Shown here: in pieces, positions 38,974 through 48,856 of the stretch | How the letters are laid out: the number at the start of each line of letters is the position of its first letter | Numbering within the stretch: position 1 is the first letter of the stretch | Source: a virus | Taxonomy: Duplodnaviria > Heunggongvirae > Uroviricota > Caudoviricetes | Reading direction: 5' to 3' (one strand) | DNA: 64,000 nucleotides | IMG/VR virus record: IMGVR_UViG_3300037455_000543 | Span: 315,136-379,135 of that record | Made by a program: the position numbers and the translations under genes | The notes under the pieces: model-generated | The model's database searches: none | The model's input: the letters and a program-made list of their open reading frames with translations, nothing else | Told to the model about the DNA's origin: nothing

Positions 38974-40476
38974 ATGGTTAAACAATCCGTAACTGAAAAA
39001 TTCGCAGACGCTCAAAAGATTATTCAGTCTATCTATCCTTCGCTCATGAGCTTTTATGCCATGTGTGAAAGACGTGAGAAGCCTGGTATTACTATGCGTC
39101 TTGATACCAGGACTGGCCGTTGCCCGGTTATCGAATATAACTCGAAGTTTATCGACGCCATTAGCAAAGAAGTTCTTGGCGCACTTACGTCTGTTGAATT
39201 GATCAGACTTTTGTTGCATCATCCGACGACGAGACTTCTTTTGCCCGTAGAACTTTGCTATCAGGCTAGTAATATCATTTGTACGAGAAAGGAAATCTTG
39301 AACTGGAATATCGCACCGTATATCCAGGATTATTTCCCTACGTCCGACGATATTGAAAAAGAACCTGGTTTTAATGTTGCTGAAGACATGTATCTTGAAA
39401 AAGTGTTCAGTATCTTGTTGAACCGAATGAATCAAGAATCTAAGAAGAATCAACAGCAACAGCAACAACAGCAGAGTAAGAGTAATAAAGGTCAAGGCCA
39501 AGAACAACAGCAAAATTCTGGTAAGAGTAAGAAAGACGAACAGCAAAGCCAGCAAAGTCAAGAAGAAGATGGTAGCGGCGAAGACCAGAATTCTGAAAAG
39601 AAAAAGCAGCAGAAAAATAAAAAGCAAGGCCAAGGTAAGGGCGGTAATGATAAAGAAGACGACGCCCAGAATGATAACGAAAATGGTCAGAATGGTTCTG
39701 AAAACAAAAATTCAGACCGCAAATCTTCCAAAGATGACATGGATAACTATGACTCGATGGAAGACGCTCTCGAAAAGCATTTCAGCTCGAAGAACATGAA
39801 GCGTTGTACGGAAAGCTGGGGTGAAAACAGCATCATTGACCAGAAAGTTATCAACCAGCTTGCCAGGGAAAGATCTAACACAAGAAGCTGGGGCACAATG
39901 CCGGCTGACTTGAAGCAAATGATTGATAACGCAAACCGTATCAAGATGGACCCGAGAGCCGTTATCAAAAGATTTGCAAGATCCGTATTTTCTACTATTC
40001 CGTTGTTTACAAGAAGAAAGCCAAGCAAGAAAGATCCTAACCAAGAATGGATTGGCTACATGCAAGGTAAGACCTATCAGCAAAAAGCAAGAGTTTTGTT
40101 TGCGATTGATAGCTCTGGCTCTATGCTTGAAGAACAGCTCGTCAAGGCCGTTGCATTTGTCATGTCCGCTATCAAGCATGCAGAAGTTTACTTCTGTTGG
40201 TGGGATGCTAAATGCACGCCGTTTACTCGACTCAAAACAGTAAAGCCGTCTGTTGAATGCACTGGTGGCGGTGGAACTAATCCGCAATGTGTGCTTGATT
40301 ATTCTCATGAACAAAAGATTAAGTTCGATGGCATTGTGTTTATTACCGACTGTATTTTTAATTGGAAAAAACCGGAAACCAAAGAAAATATCTTTATCAT
40401 GAAGACCGACAATGCAGCTGAAGCACCGGATTGGTGCAAATGGGTCTTGTCGTTCAAGGACATTGAACATCGGTAA
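38974..40476 (+). CDS. DUF2201-type metallopeptidase-like/VWA protein
   Basis: MIDAS DSSGS, GGGGT, FITD; Q-rich linker; HExxH position reads VELIR. Confidence 0.85.
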   Translation: MVKQSVTEKFADAQKIIQSIYPSLMSFYAMCERREKPGITMRLDTRTGRCPVIEYNSKFIDAISKEVLGALTSVELIRLLLHHPTTRLLLPVELCYQASNIICTRKEILNWNIAPYIQDYFPTSDDIEKEPGFNVAEDMYLEKVFSILLNRMNQESKKNQQQQQQQQSKSNKGQGQEQQQNSGKSKKDEQQSQQSQEEDGSGEDQNSEKKKQQKNKKQGQGKGGNDKEDDAQNDNENGQNGSENKNSDRKSSKDDMDNYDSMEDALEKHFSSKNMKRCTESWGENSIIDQKVINQLARERSNTRSWGTMPADLKQMIDNANRIKMDPRAVIKRFARSVFSTIPLFTRRKPSKKDPNQEWIGYMQGKTYQQKARVLFAIDSSGSMLEEQLVKAVAFVMSAIKHAEVYFCWWDAKCTPFTRLKTVKPSVECTGGGGTNPQCVLDYSHEQKIKFDGIVFITDCIFNWKKPETKENIFIMKTDNAAEAPDWCKWVLSFKDIEHR

Positions 40477-40562
40477 ACTGGAAAGAAATTCGATATAGTA
40501 AATTGTTTAAACAGGTAGTGCAATTTACTATATTATAATCATCAACGAGAGGATTTAATAAT

Positions 40563-41750
40563 ATGAATATAAAAACTTTGACACTTGCTTGCAAGTTACT
40601 TCCTAAGAAAAAGTCTATCATGCTTAAGGGCGTGCATGGTATCGGTAAGACTGAATGGGTTAAGTCCATGGCAAGGAAATGGAAACTTAAGCTCGTTATC
40701 TGGCATGCATCTCATGCAGCAGACGCTACCGACATTACCGGTATGCCCAAGATTATCAAGGAAACTATCATTTGGTATGACAAGAAGGGCGAAGAACATC
40801 AAGAAGAACATGAAGTGACGGCTACTTGTCCGCCGAAATGGATGCTTCAGAAAGAACCGGTCTTGTTGCTTCTTGACGAAATCAACAGAGGCTTGTCCAT
40901 TGCGATGAATGCTATCATGCAGCTCACCAATGACCAGACCTATGATGATATTTCTTTGCCTGCAGGTTCAAGAATTTTTGCATGTATCAACCCTGAAGAC
41001 AACGGCAAATATGACGTGTCTTCGCTTGACCCGGCACAGCTTTCAAGATTTGCCGTGTATGAGTTTGAACCGTCTTCTGATGAATGGATTGAATGGGCTA
41101 TCACTGCGGGCGTTCATCCGGTAGTTATCTCGTTCATCAAGGCACATCCTGAATATCTTGACCCGTATACTTTGCCTGAATTGGCTGAAACTTGTGTAGG
41201 CCAGGATGCAATGAAGCTCCCGGATAGAAGAGCTTGGGAATGCGTTTCCGATACTTACAAAGAAGCTGAAAAGGCGGGTGTGTTTGAAGAAGGCACTGGT
41301 ATTCTCGACATGACTGAAATTTTTGCTGGCCTTATCGGTCTTGGTGCAGCAGACAAGTTCATGGCATTCGTGTCCGACCAGAATGGCGCACTCAACCCGG
41401 CTGAAGTCATGGAAATGAATCCGATTGACCCGGAAATTCATCAGAAGCTTTTGGAAATGTGTTCCGAAGATATTCCGAGTGTCACGGGCTTCATTGGTTC
41501 TTGCCAGATGTTCTTGGAAACAAGACTTGTGGAATTGAAGAAGAATTCTGCGACTTCTAAGAAGTGGGCTAAGAACTTCTATGAATTGATTAGCCACTTG
41601 CAGCCGGATGCTAAGATGGCAGCACTTGCAACGGTCGTTGTCGATGCTATTAAACGTCATAAAGACTGGGCCCTTACTTTGTGTAAGATTGAACCGAAGT
41701 TCAAAGACTTGGCTTGGTCTGCGGTCTCTAGCAAGAAGAAAGTCTACTAA
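40563..41750 (+). CDS. MoxR-like AAA+ ATPase
   Basis: GVHGIGKT, LLLDEINR, LDPAQLSRF, DRRAWE. Confidence 0.9.
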   Translation: MNIKTLTLACKLLPKKKSIMLKGVHGIGKTEWVKSMARKWKLKLVIWHASHAADATDITGMPKIIKETIIWYDKKGEEHQEEHEVTATCPPKWMLQKEPVLLLLDEINRGLSIAMNAIMQLTNDQTYDDISLPAGSRIFACINPEDNGKYDVSSLDPAQLSRFAVYEFEPSSDEWIEWAITAGVHPVVISFIKAHPEYLDPYTLPELAETCVGQDAMKLPDRRAWECVSDTYKEAEKAGVFEEGTGILDMTEIFAGLIGLGAADKFMAFVSDQNGALNPAEVMEMNPIDPEIHQKLLEMCSEDIPSVTGFIGSCQMFLETRLVELKKNSATSKKWAKNFYELISHLQPDAKMAALATVVVDAIKRHKDWALTLCKIEPKFKDLAWSAVSSKKKVY

Positions 41751-41870
41751 TAAAAGCTTCTCGTTGATTACAAACCTATCGGTTAACGCCGGTAGGTTTT
41801 TTAGTTGACTGAGAAAATATATTATCGACCCAGAATAACAATTCAATGTAATAATTTCTATATTATAGTC

Positions 41871-42512
41871 ATGATTCGATTAACAGAGACATATATCAGA
41901 GATTACAAGCTCATCGATGAAAGTCCGCTTGCAGAAAATCGTAAGATGTTCTGGGACTGTCTGACCGCATATATTTCTAAACGGTTTTTCGGAGCCATTG
42001 AGATTGATGGCATATTTAAAGAAATCGGCGGTTATTTTGAAACAAACTATTTTGAGATGGACAAGATAGTCATTCCTGAAGATACTTGTGACGTCGACAT
42101 GGATAAGAAGACGATCAAGTTCAGGAACGATGAAAAGTTTGCGATATTCCTTCATGAAGTCTCGCATTATTACCATATCAAGAAAGATAAGGGTAAGTTC
42201 ATATCAAGAGAATTTGAGGATATGAAACCATATTCGCCAGGTGAACATGGTGAACATTTTAAACCTATGGTCAAATATCTTGAATATGAGGCTGGATGGA
42301 GGTCATTATATTACAATGACATTTATGGGCTGTTTCCAGAGGGTGACAGAACTGTTCTCGAAACTAATCTTAGGAATATACAGCATTATTGTGTTATCGA
42401 AAATATACTTGACTTTGACGGTAACAACGAACAAATTGCCCGTCGAGTTGACGAGTGGATAAAGACGACTGAGAAGTTCAGTTCGGTAGCTGGATTCCGG
42501 ATAGTAATCTGA
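41871..42512 (+). CDS. Zincin-like metallopeptidase
   Basis: FLHEVSH plus downstream EYEA. Confidence 0.65.
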   Translation: MIRLTETYIRDYKLIDESPLAENRKMFWDCLTAYISKRFFGAIEIDGIFKEIGGYFETNYFEMDKIVIPEDTCDVDMDKKTIKFRNDEKFAIFLHEVSHYYHIKKDKGKFISREFEDMKPYSPGEHGEHFKPMVKYLEYEAGWRSLYYNDIYGLFPEGDRTVLETNLRNIQHYCVIENILDFDGNNEQIARRVDEWIKTTEKFSSVAGFRIVI

Positions 42513-42587
42513 GAAAAAATCATTTAAGTATATTCACTTACGAATAGAAAATAAAAACCTATATTTAAACAAAAACAAGGAGTCAAT

Positions 42588-42992
42588 ATGACAATGCAGG
42601 AAGCAATCGAAAAACGTGAAACCCTTTTGGCTGAAGAACGCAAGCTCAATCATGCGATCAAGGTAATGCAGTCTGATACTATTCCGTCTTGTGCGGGTGT
42701 GACCATGGCAATCGGTCAGTATCGTCGTCGTCTTCGCGAAATCACTGAAGAAATTCGTGAACTTGCAGACAATATCGATGAACAGGCAACGGAAAATCAG
42801 CGTGTTAAGCCGTTCGTGATGTATGGCGAAACTGAAAAGAAAGCAGAAACGCCTAAGACTGAAATGCCGTCTTGGACTGGCGATTCTGATATTGACTTTC
42901 TTGTAAATCTTCTCAAGAAAGCAGAAGTCTCAATTTCGAAGCATGACGACGGTGATCGTTTCATTACACTTATCAAGGCAATTTTAGACTAG
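42588..42992 (+). CDS. Coiled-coil hypothetical protein
   Basis: ORF, SD. Confidence 0.75.
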   Translation: MTMQEAIEKRETLLAEERKLNHAIKVMQSDTIPSCAGVTMAIGQYRRRLREITEEIRELADNIDEQATENQRVKPFVMYGETEKKAETPKTEMPSWTGDSDIDFLVNLLKKAEVSISKHDDGDRFITLIKAILD

Positions 42993-43001
42993 GAGTCAAC
43001 A

Positions 43002-43154
43002 ATGACAAAAGCAGAAATTAAGTTTCATTTAGACCGTTTAAAGACAATCAAGATGCGTAAACTTGCTGGACATCCGGCATTCGGCGACAATGGCCTTCGT
43101 AAGATTACCATTGAAAAGCTCAAGAATGCTAAGGTTGATGTAACAGGTTACTAA
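43002..43154 (+). CDS. Small basic protein, 50 aa
   Basis: Manual translation MTKAEIKFHLDRLK...; AGGAG SD. Confidence 0.65.
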   Translation: MTKAEIKFHLDRLKTIKMRKLAGHPAFGDNGLRKITIEKLKNAKVDVTGY

Positions 43155-43189
43155 CAGTTTATTAACATTCAACTAACAATCTGTAAACA
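43141..43189. promoter_or_regulatory. Five (T)AACA units at 11-bp spacing
   Basis: Units at 43141, 43152, 43163, 43174, 43185. Confidence 0.55.
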
Positions 43190-43441
43190 TGAAGAAATCA
43201 ACTAAGCTTTATCGCCAAGTAGAAGAACTTCTGGGCTGTTTGCCTGATGTCGAAGAGGAATGGATTACCAATCAATCTAAGAGATCAAGGGAACAACTGA
43301 GTCGTGTCGCTGACCGACTGTGTATAATGCAGGAAGTTATAACAGGAATGTTGAGTAACTGAGAGAAAATAAAACTAAAGACCAGGTTTAATAATGACCT
43401 GGTTTTTTCTATATTATAAGTATCAACGAGAGGAAATAACA

Positions 43442-44269
43442 ATGAAACTTAGAAAGCAAATCGCAATTAAGGCAACATCCAAAGAAGCAGTTAAGGATCA
43501 GCTCATTTCTATTAAACCGTCCGACCATTCTATCAAGCCTGTTCCTTGCGATTTTGACCCGAACAAGCATGAATTCAGGTTCAACACGAAGAAGGGTAAT
43601 AACATCAAGCTCGGTAATATTGCAAGCTGGAGCACAGTCTATAGCAATAAGCCTGTCTATATTAAGTATTTGAACGGTTATGTCCAGGGAACATGTGGCA
43701 AGGAATGTAGCAAGAAGAACGGTTGCGATAAGGCTTGCTATGTAGACCGTAGCTATTACCGTCCTGGTGTTCCGTATGGTCATGCAATGAATACTATTGG
43801 CCTCAGGACCGCATCTGAAAAAGTGTTTGCCGATCTTGACAAGCAGCTTGCTCATAGCAAGACTATCCAGATGGTGCGTCTCAATCAGTCTGGTGATGTG
43901 GAATCTGAAAACGAGTTTTTGATGTGGTGTCGCCTTGCTGAAAAGCATCCGAATGTAAAGTTTTACATTTATACGAAACAGTATAAGTATGTTGAACGTC
44001 CTATTTTGAGTGGCATGGTTCCTAATAATTTCCAGGTCAATTACTCTATCTGGCATAAGCACGGAATTGAAGAATTCAATAAGGTCAAGCATGTAAAGAA
44101 CGTTTCTGCATTCGTGTATGACGACGGCGAATTGTATCTTGATATTGCTAAAAAGGACTATTGTCAGGCATATGATGACAAGGGCCATCTGAATCACAAG
44201 ATTACTTGTTCTGTCTGTAAGAAGTGCCTTAATGGAAAGACAAAGGTGATTGGCTGCAAGGCTCACTAA
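43442..44269 (+). CDS. Gp88-like Cys-rich phage protein
   Basis: TC...C...CY, RLNQSGD, FYIYTK, terminal CxxCxxC..H. Confidence 0.7.
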   Translation: MKLRKQIAIKATSKEAVKDQLISIKPSDHSIKPVPCDFDPNKHEFRFNTKKGNNIKLGNIASWSTVYSNKPVYIKYLNGYVQGTCGKECSKKNGCDKACYVDRSYYRPGVPYGHAMNTIGLRTASEKVFADLDKQLAHSKTIQMVRLNQSGDVESENEFLMWCRLAEKHPNVKFYIYTKQYKYVERPILSGMVPNNFQVNYSIWHKHGIEEFNKVKHVKNVSAFVYDDGELYLDIAKKDYCQAYDDKGHLNHKITCSVCKKCLNGKTKVIGCKAH

Positions 44270-44365
44270 TTTCCAGCTTAACAGAAAATTTACTTAACAA
44301 AAATTAAAACTGAAATGATAAAGCCGACTGTAATAAATATATATAAGACACGAGGATTTACATAG

Positions 44366-45973
44366 ATGGGTAGTTTTACTAAATTTATAAACGAAGGAAA
44401 AAGAATCAGTGATTTAGATAGATCAAACGACGTAGCGAATTCTATAATACGTTTGCATAGCATGAAGTCTAATAAAGACTATAAGTTTATCGACATGCAA
44501 AAGTTTAAGAATACCTATGGAAAGTTGGAAGGCTATCTCTATATTGCTGGAACTGAAGGCTTAAGAATCAATTTTAAAAACGACAAGCTTCATTCAATAA
44601 GTTTGTGGGAAAAATATGGTTCTTATGCGCCTGATAGAACAATTCTTATTGACAAAGATACCGATAAGAAAAATCTGTTAAATTTGTATAACAACCTTAA
44701 ACCGGGACTAGATATGAAAATTCATAGCTTACATTATTTCACGCCGAAGACGCATGATGCTTTTATAAGTGTTACGCCGTTCATGGAAGCACTTAAGGAT
44801 AATGGTCCGTGGCATCCGAAGCAGCTTACTCGTTGGCTTGCAGTCTGGGATATTTCCTATCGTCAGTTCTGGGATTTTTGTGATCTTGGTGAATATAGTG
44901 ACGAAGCTGTTTTCAAGTATACTAAAGAAAATATCGATGAATTCGAACAAATCACGAAGCAAGATATTGAATGGCTTGAAGAACAAGCTAATAAAGTCAA
45001 TAATGAATATCAACGTAAACTTGATGGTGAATTCGAAGATGTCGAAGATGTTAAGACTGTAGAACCTGAAGTTATCGAAAACGTTGAAGTCGTATCGAAC
45101 GTCAAGGAAGAAGTCGAAGACAATCCGTATTCTGTTGAAAGCGATGAAGATCTTGCATCTCAGTTAATTGCGGATCCTCTTCCGGTTTTCCGTCAACTCA
45201 ATACCTATGCACTCATGGTTGCACGTGGTCTCAACAATGCACTGTTGATTACTGGACAGGGTGGTGTTGGTAAGTCCTATAATGTGAACAAAATTCTTTC
45301 CACTTATGGTAAGAAGGGCGTTGACTATGTTATCATGAAGGGTAAGAGCTCTGTTTCCGCTATGTATAAATTCCTTTACGACAATTATGACAAGATTGTT
45401 GTATTCGACGATTGCGATAGTGTGCTTCAGAATAATGACGGTCTGAATATTCTTAAGGGCGTTTTGGATAGCGGTGACGTTCGTGAAGTAAGCTGGAATA
45501 CTTCTGGTAGCTGCATGGTTGATACATTCGGTTGTGAAACTCACGAAGAAATCGAACAAAAACTCAAGGCTTGGGAAGAAACTCATAAGAATAAAGTTGG
45601 CATTCCTAACTATTTCCGTTTCATGGGTGCTTGTATCTTTATTAGCAACTTGAGTCGTTCTGACCTTGAAAAGTCTCCGTCTATGCAGGCTCTTCTTGGA
45701 AGATGCACGGCTGTTGATATTCAGTTGATGGCTTCTGATATCATTCTTAGAATTGAGTCGGTTCTTCCGCAGAAGAAAATTTACAATACTCGTGGCCAGG
45801 ATATTTCGGATCCGGCCATCAAGGAAGAAGTTTTCGAATTCATGAAATCTCCGGAATTCATGGAAGATCCGAGAATCAAGAATGCTAACATTAGCTTCAG
45901 ACTTTTCGACAAAATCTATATGTTCAGATATGCTGGCCTTCCGAACTGGAAAGAAATGGCTTACTGTGTCTAA
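44366..45973 (+). CDS. AAA+ ATPase with capsid-targeting-like N terminus
   Basis: GQGGVGKS, VVFDDCD, FISN; MGSFTKFINE; AATAAATA at 44332-44339. Confidence 0.8.
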   Translation: MGSFTKFINEGKRISDLDRSNDVANSIIRLHSMKSNKDYKFIDMQKFKNTYGKLEGYLYIAGTEGLRINFKNDKLHSISLWEKYGSYAPDRTILIDKDTDKKNLLNLYNNLKPGLDMKIHSLHYFTPKTHDAFISVTPFMEALKDNGPWHPKQLTRWLAVWDISYRQFWDFCDLGEYSDEAVFKYTKENIDEFEQITKQDIEWLEEQANKVNNEYQRKLDGEFEDVEDVKTVEPEVIENVEVVSNVKEEVEDNPYSVESDEDLASQLIADPLPVFRQLNTYALMVARGLNNALLITGQGGVGKSYNVNKILSTYGKKGVDYVIMKGKSSVSAMYKFLYDNYDKIVVFDDCDSVLQNNDGLNILKGVLDSGDVREVSWNTSGSCMVDTFGCETHEEIEQKLKAWEETHKNKVGIPNYFRFMGACIFISNLSRSDLEKSPSMQALLGRCTAVDIQLMASDIILRIESVLPQKKIYNTRGQDISDPAIKEEVFEFMKSPEFMEDPRIKNANISFRLFDKIYMFRYAGLPNWKEMAYCV

Positions 45974-46064
45974 TTAGACGACTGAATAAATAAATTTAAG
46001 ACTTACGGGTTTAAACTTGTAAGTCTTTTTTCTATATTATAAAGGTAATCAAAAGGAGTTTAAC

Positions 46065-46457
46065 ATGTCTACTGCAAAGTTTATTACTTTAAAAGAATTT
46101 AAAAAATTCATTAAAGAAACATGTCCGAATCTTTATGTGAATAAGGACGGTAGTATTTTTATCAAGAATACATGTTATCTTACTTCGATTGCTGATTTAG
46201 GCTTATACGAAGAATACCATGCTGATGGTGATAATCGTATTAAGATTGGTCAATTTGATGAATGTGTAGGCACTAGTATTTTTTATTATGGTCATAAGAA
46301 AAATATTTTTGCTGTATATAATACTGATAAAGAAAAAGCTAAGATGTTTGAAAAAATTTATAATATCTTATTTTCTGAAAAAGAGAAAATTAGAAAGATA
46401 ATATTAGACGAAGCAAATCGTCTTCATGCAATAGCAAACAAAATTTGGATTGGTTAA
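46065..46457 (+). CDS. Hypothetical protein
   Basis: ORF, SD, promoter. Confidence 0.75.
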   Translation: MSTAKFITLKEFKKFIKETCPNLYVNKDGSIFIKNTCYLTSIADLGLYEEYHADGDNRIKIGQFDECVGTSIFYYGHKKNIFAVYNTDKEKAKMFEKIYNILFSEKEKIRKIILDEANRLHAIANKIWIG

Positions 46458-46660
46458 GGAGACCATGTTTCGTGAATTTTATGAATGTTACGTGGGATAA
46501 TCGAGCGGAGCGTCAAAAAGCACTTAATGATCCGGTTAAATATAGTGGTTATTCTGTAATTGTTGATACTGTCTATAATCATGAATCTAATTACACTCCG
46601 AAAAAACCGAAGACTCAAGAGACAATGATAATTAATGGTAAAGAATATATTTTGAGGTAA
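46445..46660 (+). pseudogene. Truncated or frameshifted paralogue of 49237-49539
   Basis: Shares KYSGYS.IVDTV and NGKEYIL; the SD-linked ATG (~46466) is out of frame. Confidence 0.45.
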
Positions 46661-46736
46661 ATCAACTAGACGACTGAAAGAATATAATGGAGTAAGTAAG
46701 GTTTAAGATTGACCTTACTTTTTCTATATTATAATC

Positions 46737-47462
46737 ATGTTTGATTGTTGTGTAATGAATCCGCCTTATGAGAAAAGTCTTCACTTGAAGATTATTGCAG
46801 AACTATTACCAAAATGTGAAACAGTAGTTAATATCAGTCCATGCAGATGGCTAGAAGACCCTTTAGCCAGATATAAGAATAATTCTGATTATAAGAAGTT
46901 TGAGGATTCTGTTTCTAAAAAAATCGATGAACTTGATATTATCAAATGTGATAATGCTAATGAATTATTTGATATTGAGCACAGTGATTTGGCAATATAT
47001 AAATTTGGCAATGGCGGATATGATTATGCTAGTCTATCTAAGATGGATAGCATATCGCAAAAGATTTTTGACAAATGTAAATCTTGTAAGACAATGATGG
47101 ATATTTCTACAGAAGAAGGCTATCGTGGAAAACACGATGGAATAATCGGAGTTATTGGTTCTCATCGCCATCCTGGCCCTAAGATTATTTCTGACGATTA
47201 TAATTTGTTCATTACTTATCGAGAAACTTGTGGCAACAAATTAATTTTCTTTAAGAACGAAACTGAACGCCAAAATTGTTTTAAATATCTTACATCCAAG
47301 TTGATAAAGCATTATAGTAGTAAAGTAAGACAGAATCAACGAGTGCCATGGCAATTTATTCCCGTAATCGATTTTTCACAGGAATGTAATGACGGATATC
47401 TAAAAGAATTTTTCGGATTGACTGATAAAGAGTATAAAAATATTTTTATTGACAATTTGTAA
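46737..47462 (+). CDS. N6-adenine DNA methyltransferase, catalytic/TRD half
   Basis: Starts at motif IV (DCCVMNPPY), ISP..W; no SAM-binding motif. Confidence 0.75.
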   Translation: MFDCCVMNPPYEKSLHLKIIAELLPKCETVVNISPCRWLEDPLARYKNNSDYKKFEDSVSKKIDELDIIKCDNANELFDIEHSDLAIYKFGNGGYDYASLSKMDSISQKIFDKCKSCKTMMDISTEEGYRGKHDGIIGVIGSHRHPGPKIISDDYNLFITYRETCGNKLIFFKNETERQNCFKYLTSKLIKHYSSKVRQNQRVPWQFIPVIDFSQECNDGYLKEFFGLTDKEYKNIFIDNL

Positions 47463-47484
47463 AAAATTTTCTATATTATAAACC

Positions 47485-47946
47485 ATGCAAGATTTAACAA
47501 CGAAGAATGATGGTATTGTTAGAAGTAAAGAAAGAATTACCAAGAATGGTGAAGTCTTTACTCCTAAGGCCTTAGTCGAAAAGATGATGGATAAAATTCC
47601 AGAAGAAAAATGGAAAGATCCTAAGGCTACATTTCTTGAACCTACCTTCGGTTCGGGTAATATGTTGATTTGTATGTTGGAACGTCGTATATCTAGCGGT
47701 ATTTCGCCCATAATCGCTCTACAGACTCTTTTTGGAGTCGAACTAATGCAAGACAACGTTGACTTGTGTAAAAGCCGTATACGCGACGTATTGCGTGTTA
47801 ATAAGGTCAAGATAACGAAGAAGGTAAACGATATTATTGACCATAATTTTGTATGTTCTGATTTTTTCAAATGGGATTTTGAAAACTGGTGCCCAAAAGA
47901 ACAACCAGAATCTTCAGAATCAGAATTATCAGAATTATTTACATAG
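47485..47946 (+). CDS. N6-adenine DNA methyltransferase, SAM-binding half
   Basis: GEVFTP, LEPTFGSGNML, FGVEL, CSDFF; no NPPY. Confidence 0.8.
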   Translation: MQDLTTKNDGIVRSKERITKNGEVFTPKALVEKMMDKIPEEKWKDPKATFLEPTFGSGNMLICMLERRISSGISPIIALQTLFGVELMQDNVDLCKSRIRDVLRVNKVKITKKVNDIIDHNFVCSDFFKWDFENWCPKEQPESSESELSELFT

Positions 47947-47949
47947 TAA

Positions 47950-48010
47950 ACTGAGATAAAAAGATTATAAAGAAAAGATTGACACTGGTCAGTCTTTTTT
48001 CTATATTATA
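47950..48010 (+). promoter_or_regulatory. Representative cassette promoter (more than 35 copies in the window)
   Basis: ACTG(47950)...TTGACA(47979)-N17-TATATT(48002); -35 lies inside hairpin AAAGATTGAC/GTCAGTCTTT. Confidence 0.85.
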
Positions 48011-48036
48011 AAGGTAATCAACGAGGAGCATAAACA

Positions 48037-48447
48037 ATGTATCTGTTCAGAAGAATTAGCGAAGAAAAGAATTTGACCAAAGGTGGTCGTGGTCGTGTTG
48101 ATATTTATCAGTCTGTGCATGCTGATTTGAATTATCTTATTGGCTGTGCAAAGAGTAATGTGCATAGTCTTGATGATAGTTTGCCGAATTGGCATGTTCA
48201 TGTAAAGGAACCTGACCAGAAGTATCATCCTGGCTGTGTATTCTGTTCTGAAGGCTTGACTACATTCTATAGTGGCTTCGGAACTAGGGAAGACGACAAG
48301 TATGAATGTAAGACAAAAGTTTTCATTTTCAATACAGACTATATTCCGAACAATATGATTAAGGAAATTGATGAACAGGATATTTCGTTCATTCCCTATT
48401 ATGAACATGGCAAATCTCCAGATCAAATTTATGCTGAAACAAATTAA
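48037..48447 (+). CDS. Hypothetical protein
   Basis: ORF, SD, promoter. Confidence 0.75.
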   Translation: MYLFRRISEEKNLTKGGRGRVDIYQSVHADLNYLIGCAKSNVHSLDDSLPNWHVHVKEPDQKYHPGCVFCSEGLTTFYSGFGTREDDKYECKTKVFIFNTDYIPNNMIKEIDEQDISFIPYYEHGKSPDQIYAETN

Positions 48448-48469
48448 GGATTAGTAAAGGAAATCAGGA

Positions 48470-48856
48470 ATGAGAACTTATACTGATGAAACAATAGGCA
48501 TTACAAAGATTATGCTTACAGAAGCAATATGTTCAATATTGGTAGGTATAATAGCTACAGTTATAGTAATGTATTTGCATAATGATAGTATTATCTGCAC
48601 TGAGTTCTATTGTTATGCTCATCGTCATTCTGTTTATTGTTATTTAGGCTGGAGTGGAATTAATGGTGTTGCAACATATGCTATCTGGACTATAATTTTG
48701 GGGTTTACCAGATATCCGCTATTTTATAATATATTCTGTGTATGGCTTTATAATGTATTACATTTTTCTAGTAATTATTCTGCATGGAAAAGTAATATAA
48801 AGAAAAATACAATGAAAGAATTTTTGAATTACGAAAAAAGTAGGCTTATACGATGA
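48470..48856 (+). CDS. Membrane protein
   Basis: Hydrophobic segments. Confidence 0.65.
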   Translation: MRTYTDETIGITKIMLTEAICSILVGIIATVIVMYLHNDSIICTEFYCYAHRHSVYCYLGWSGINGVATYAIWTIILGFTRYPLFYNIFCVWLYNVLHFSSNYSAWKSNIKKNTMKEFLNYEKSRLIR

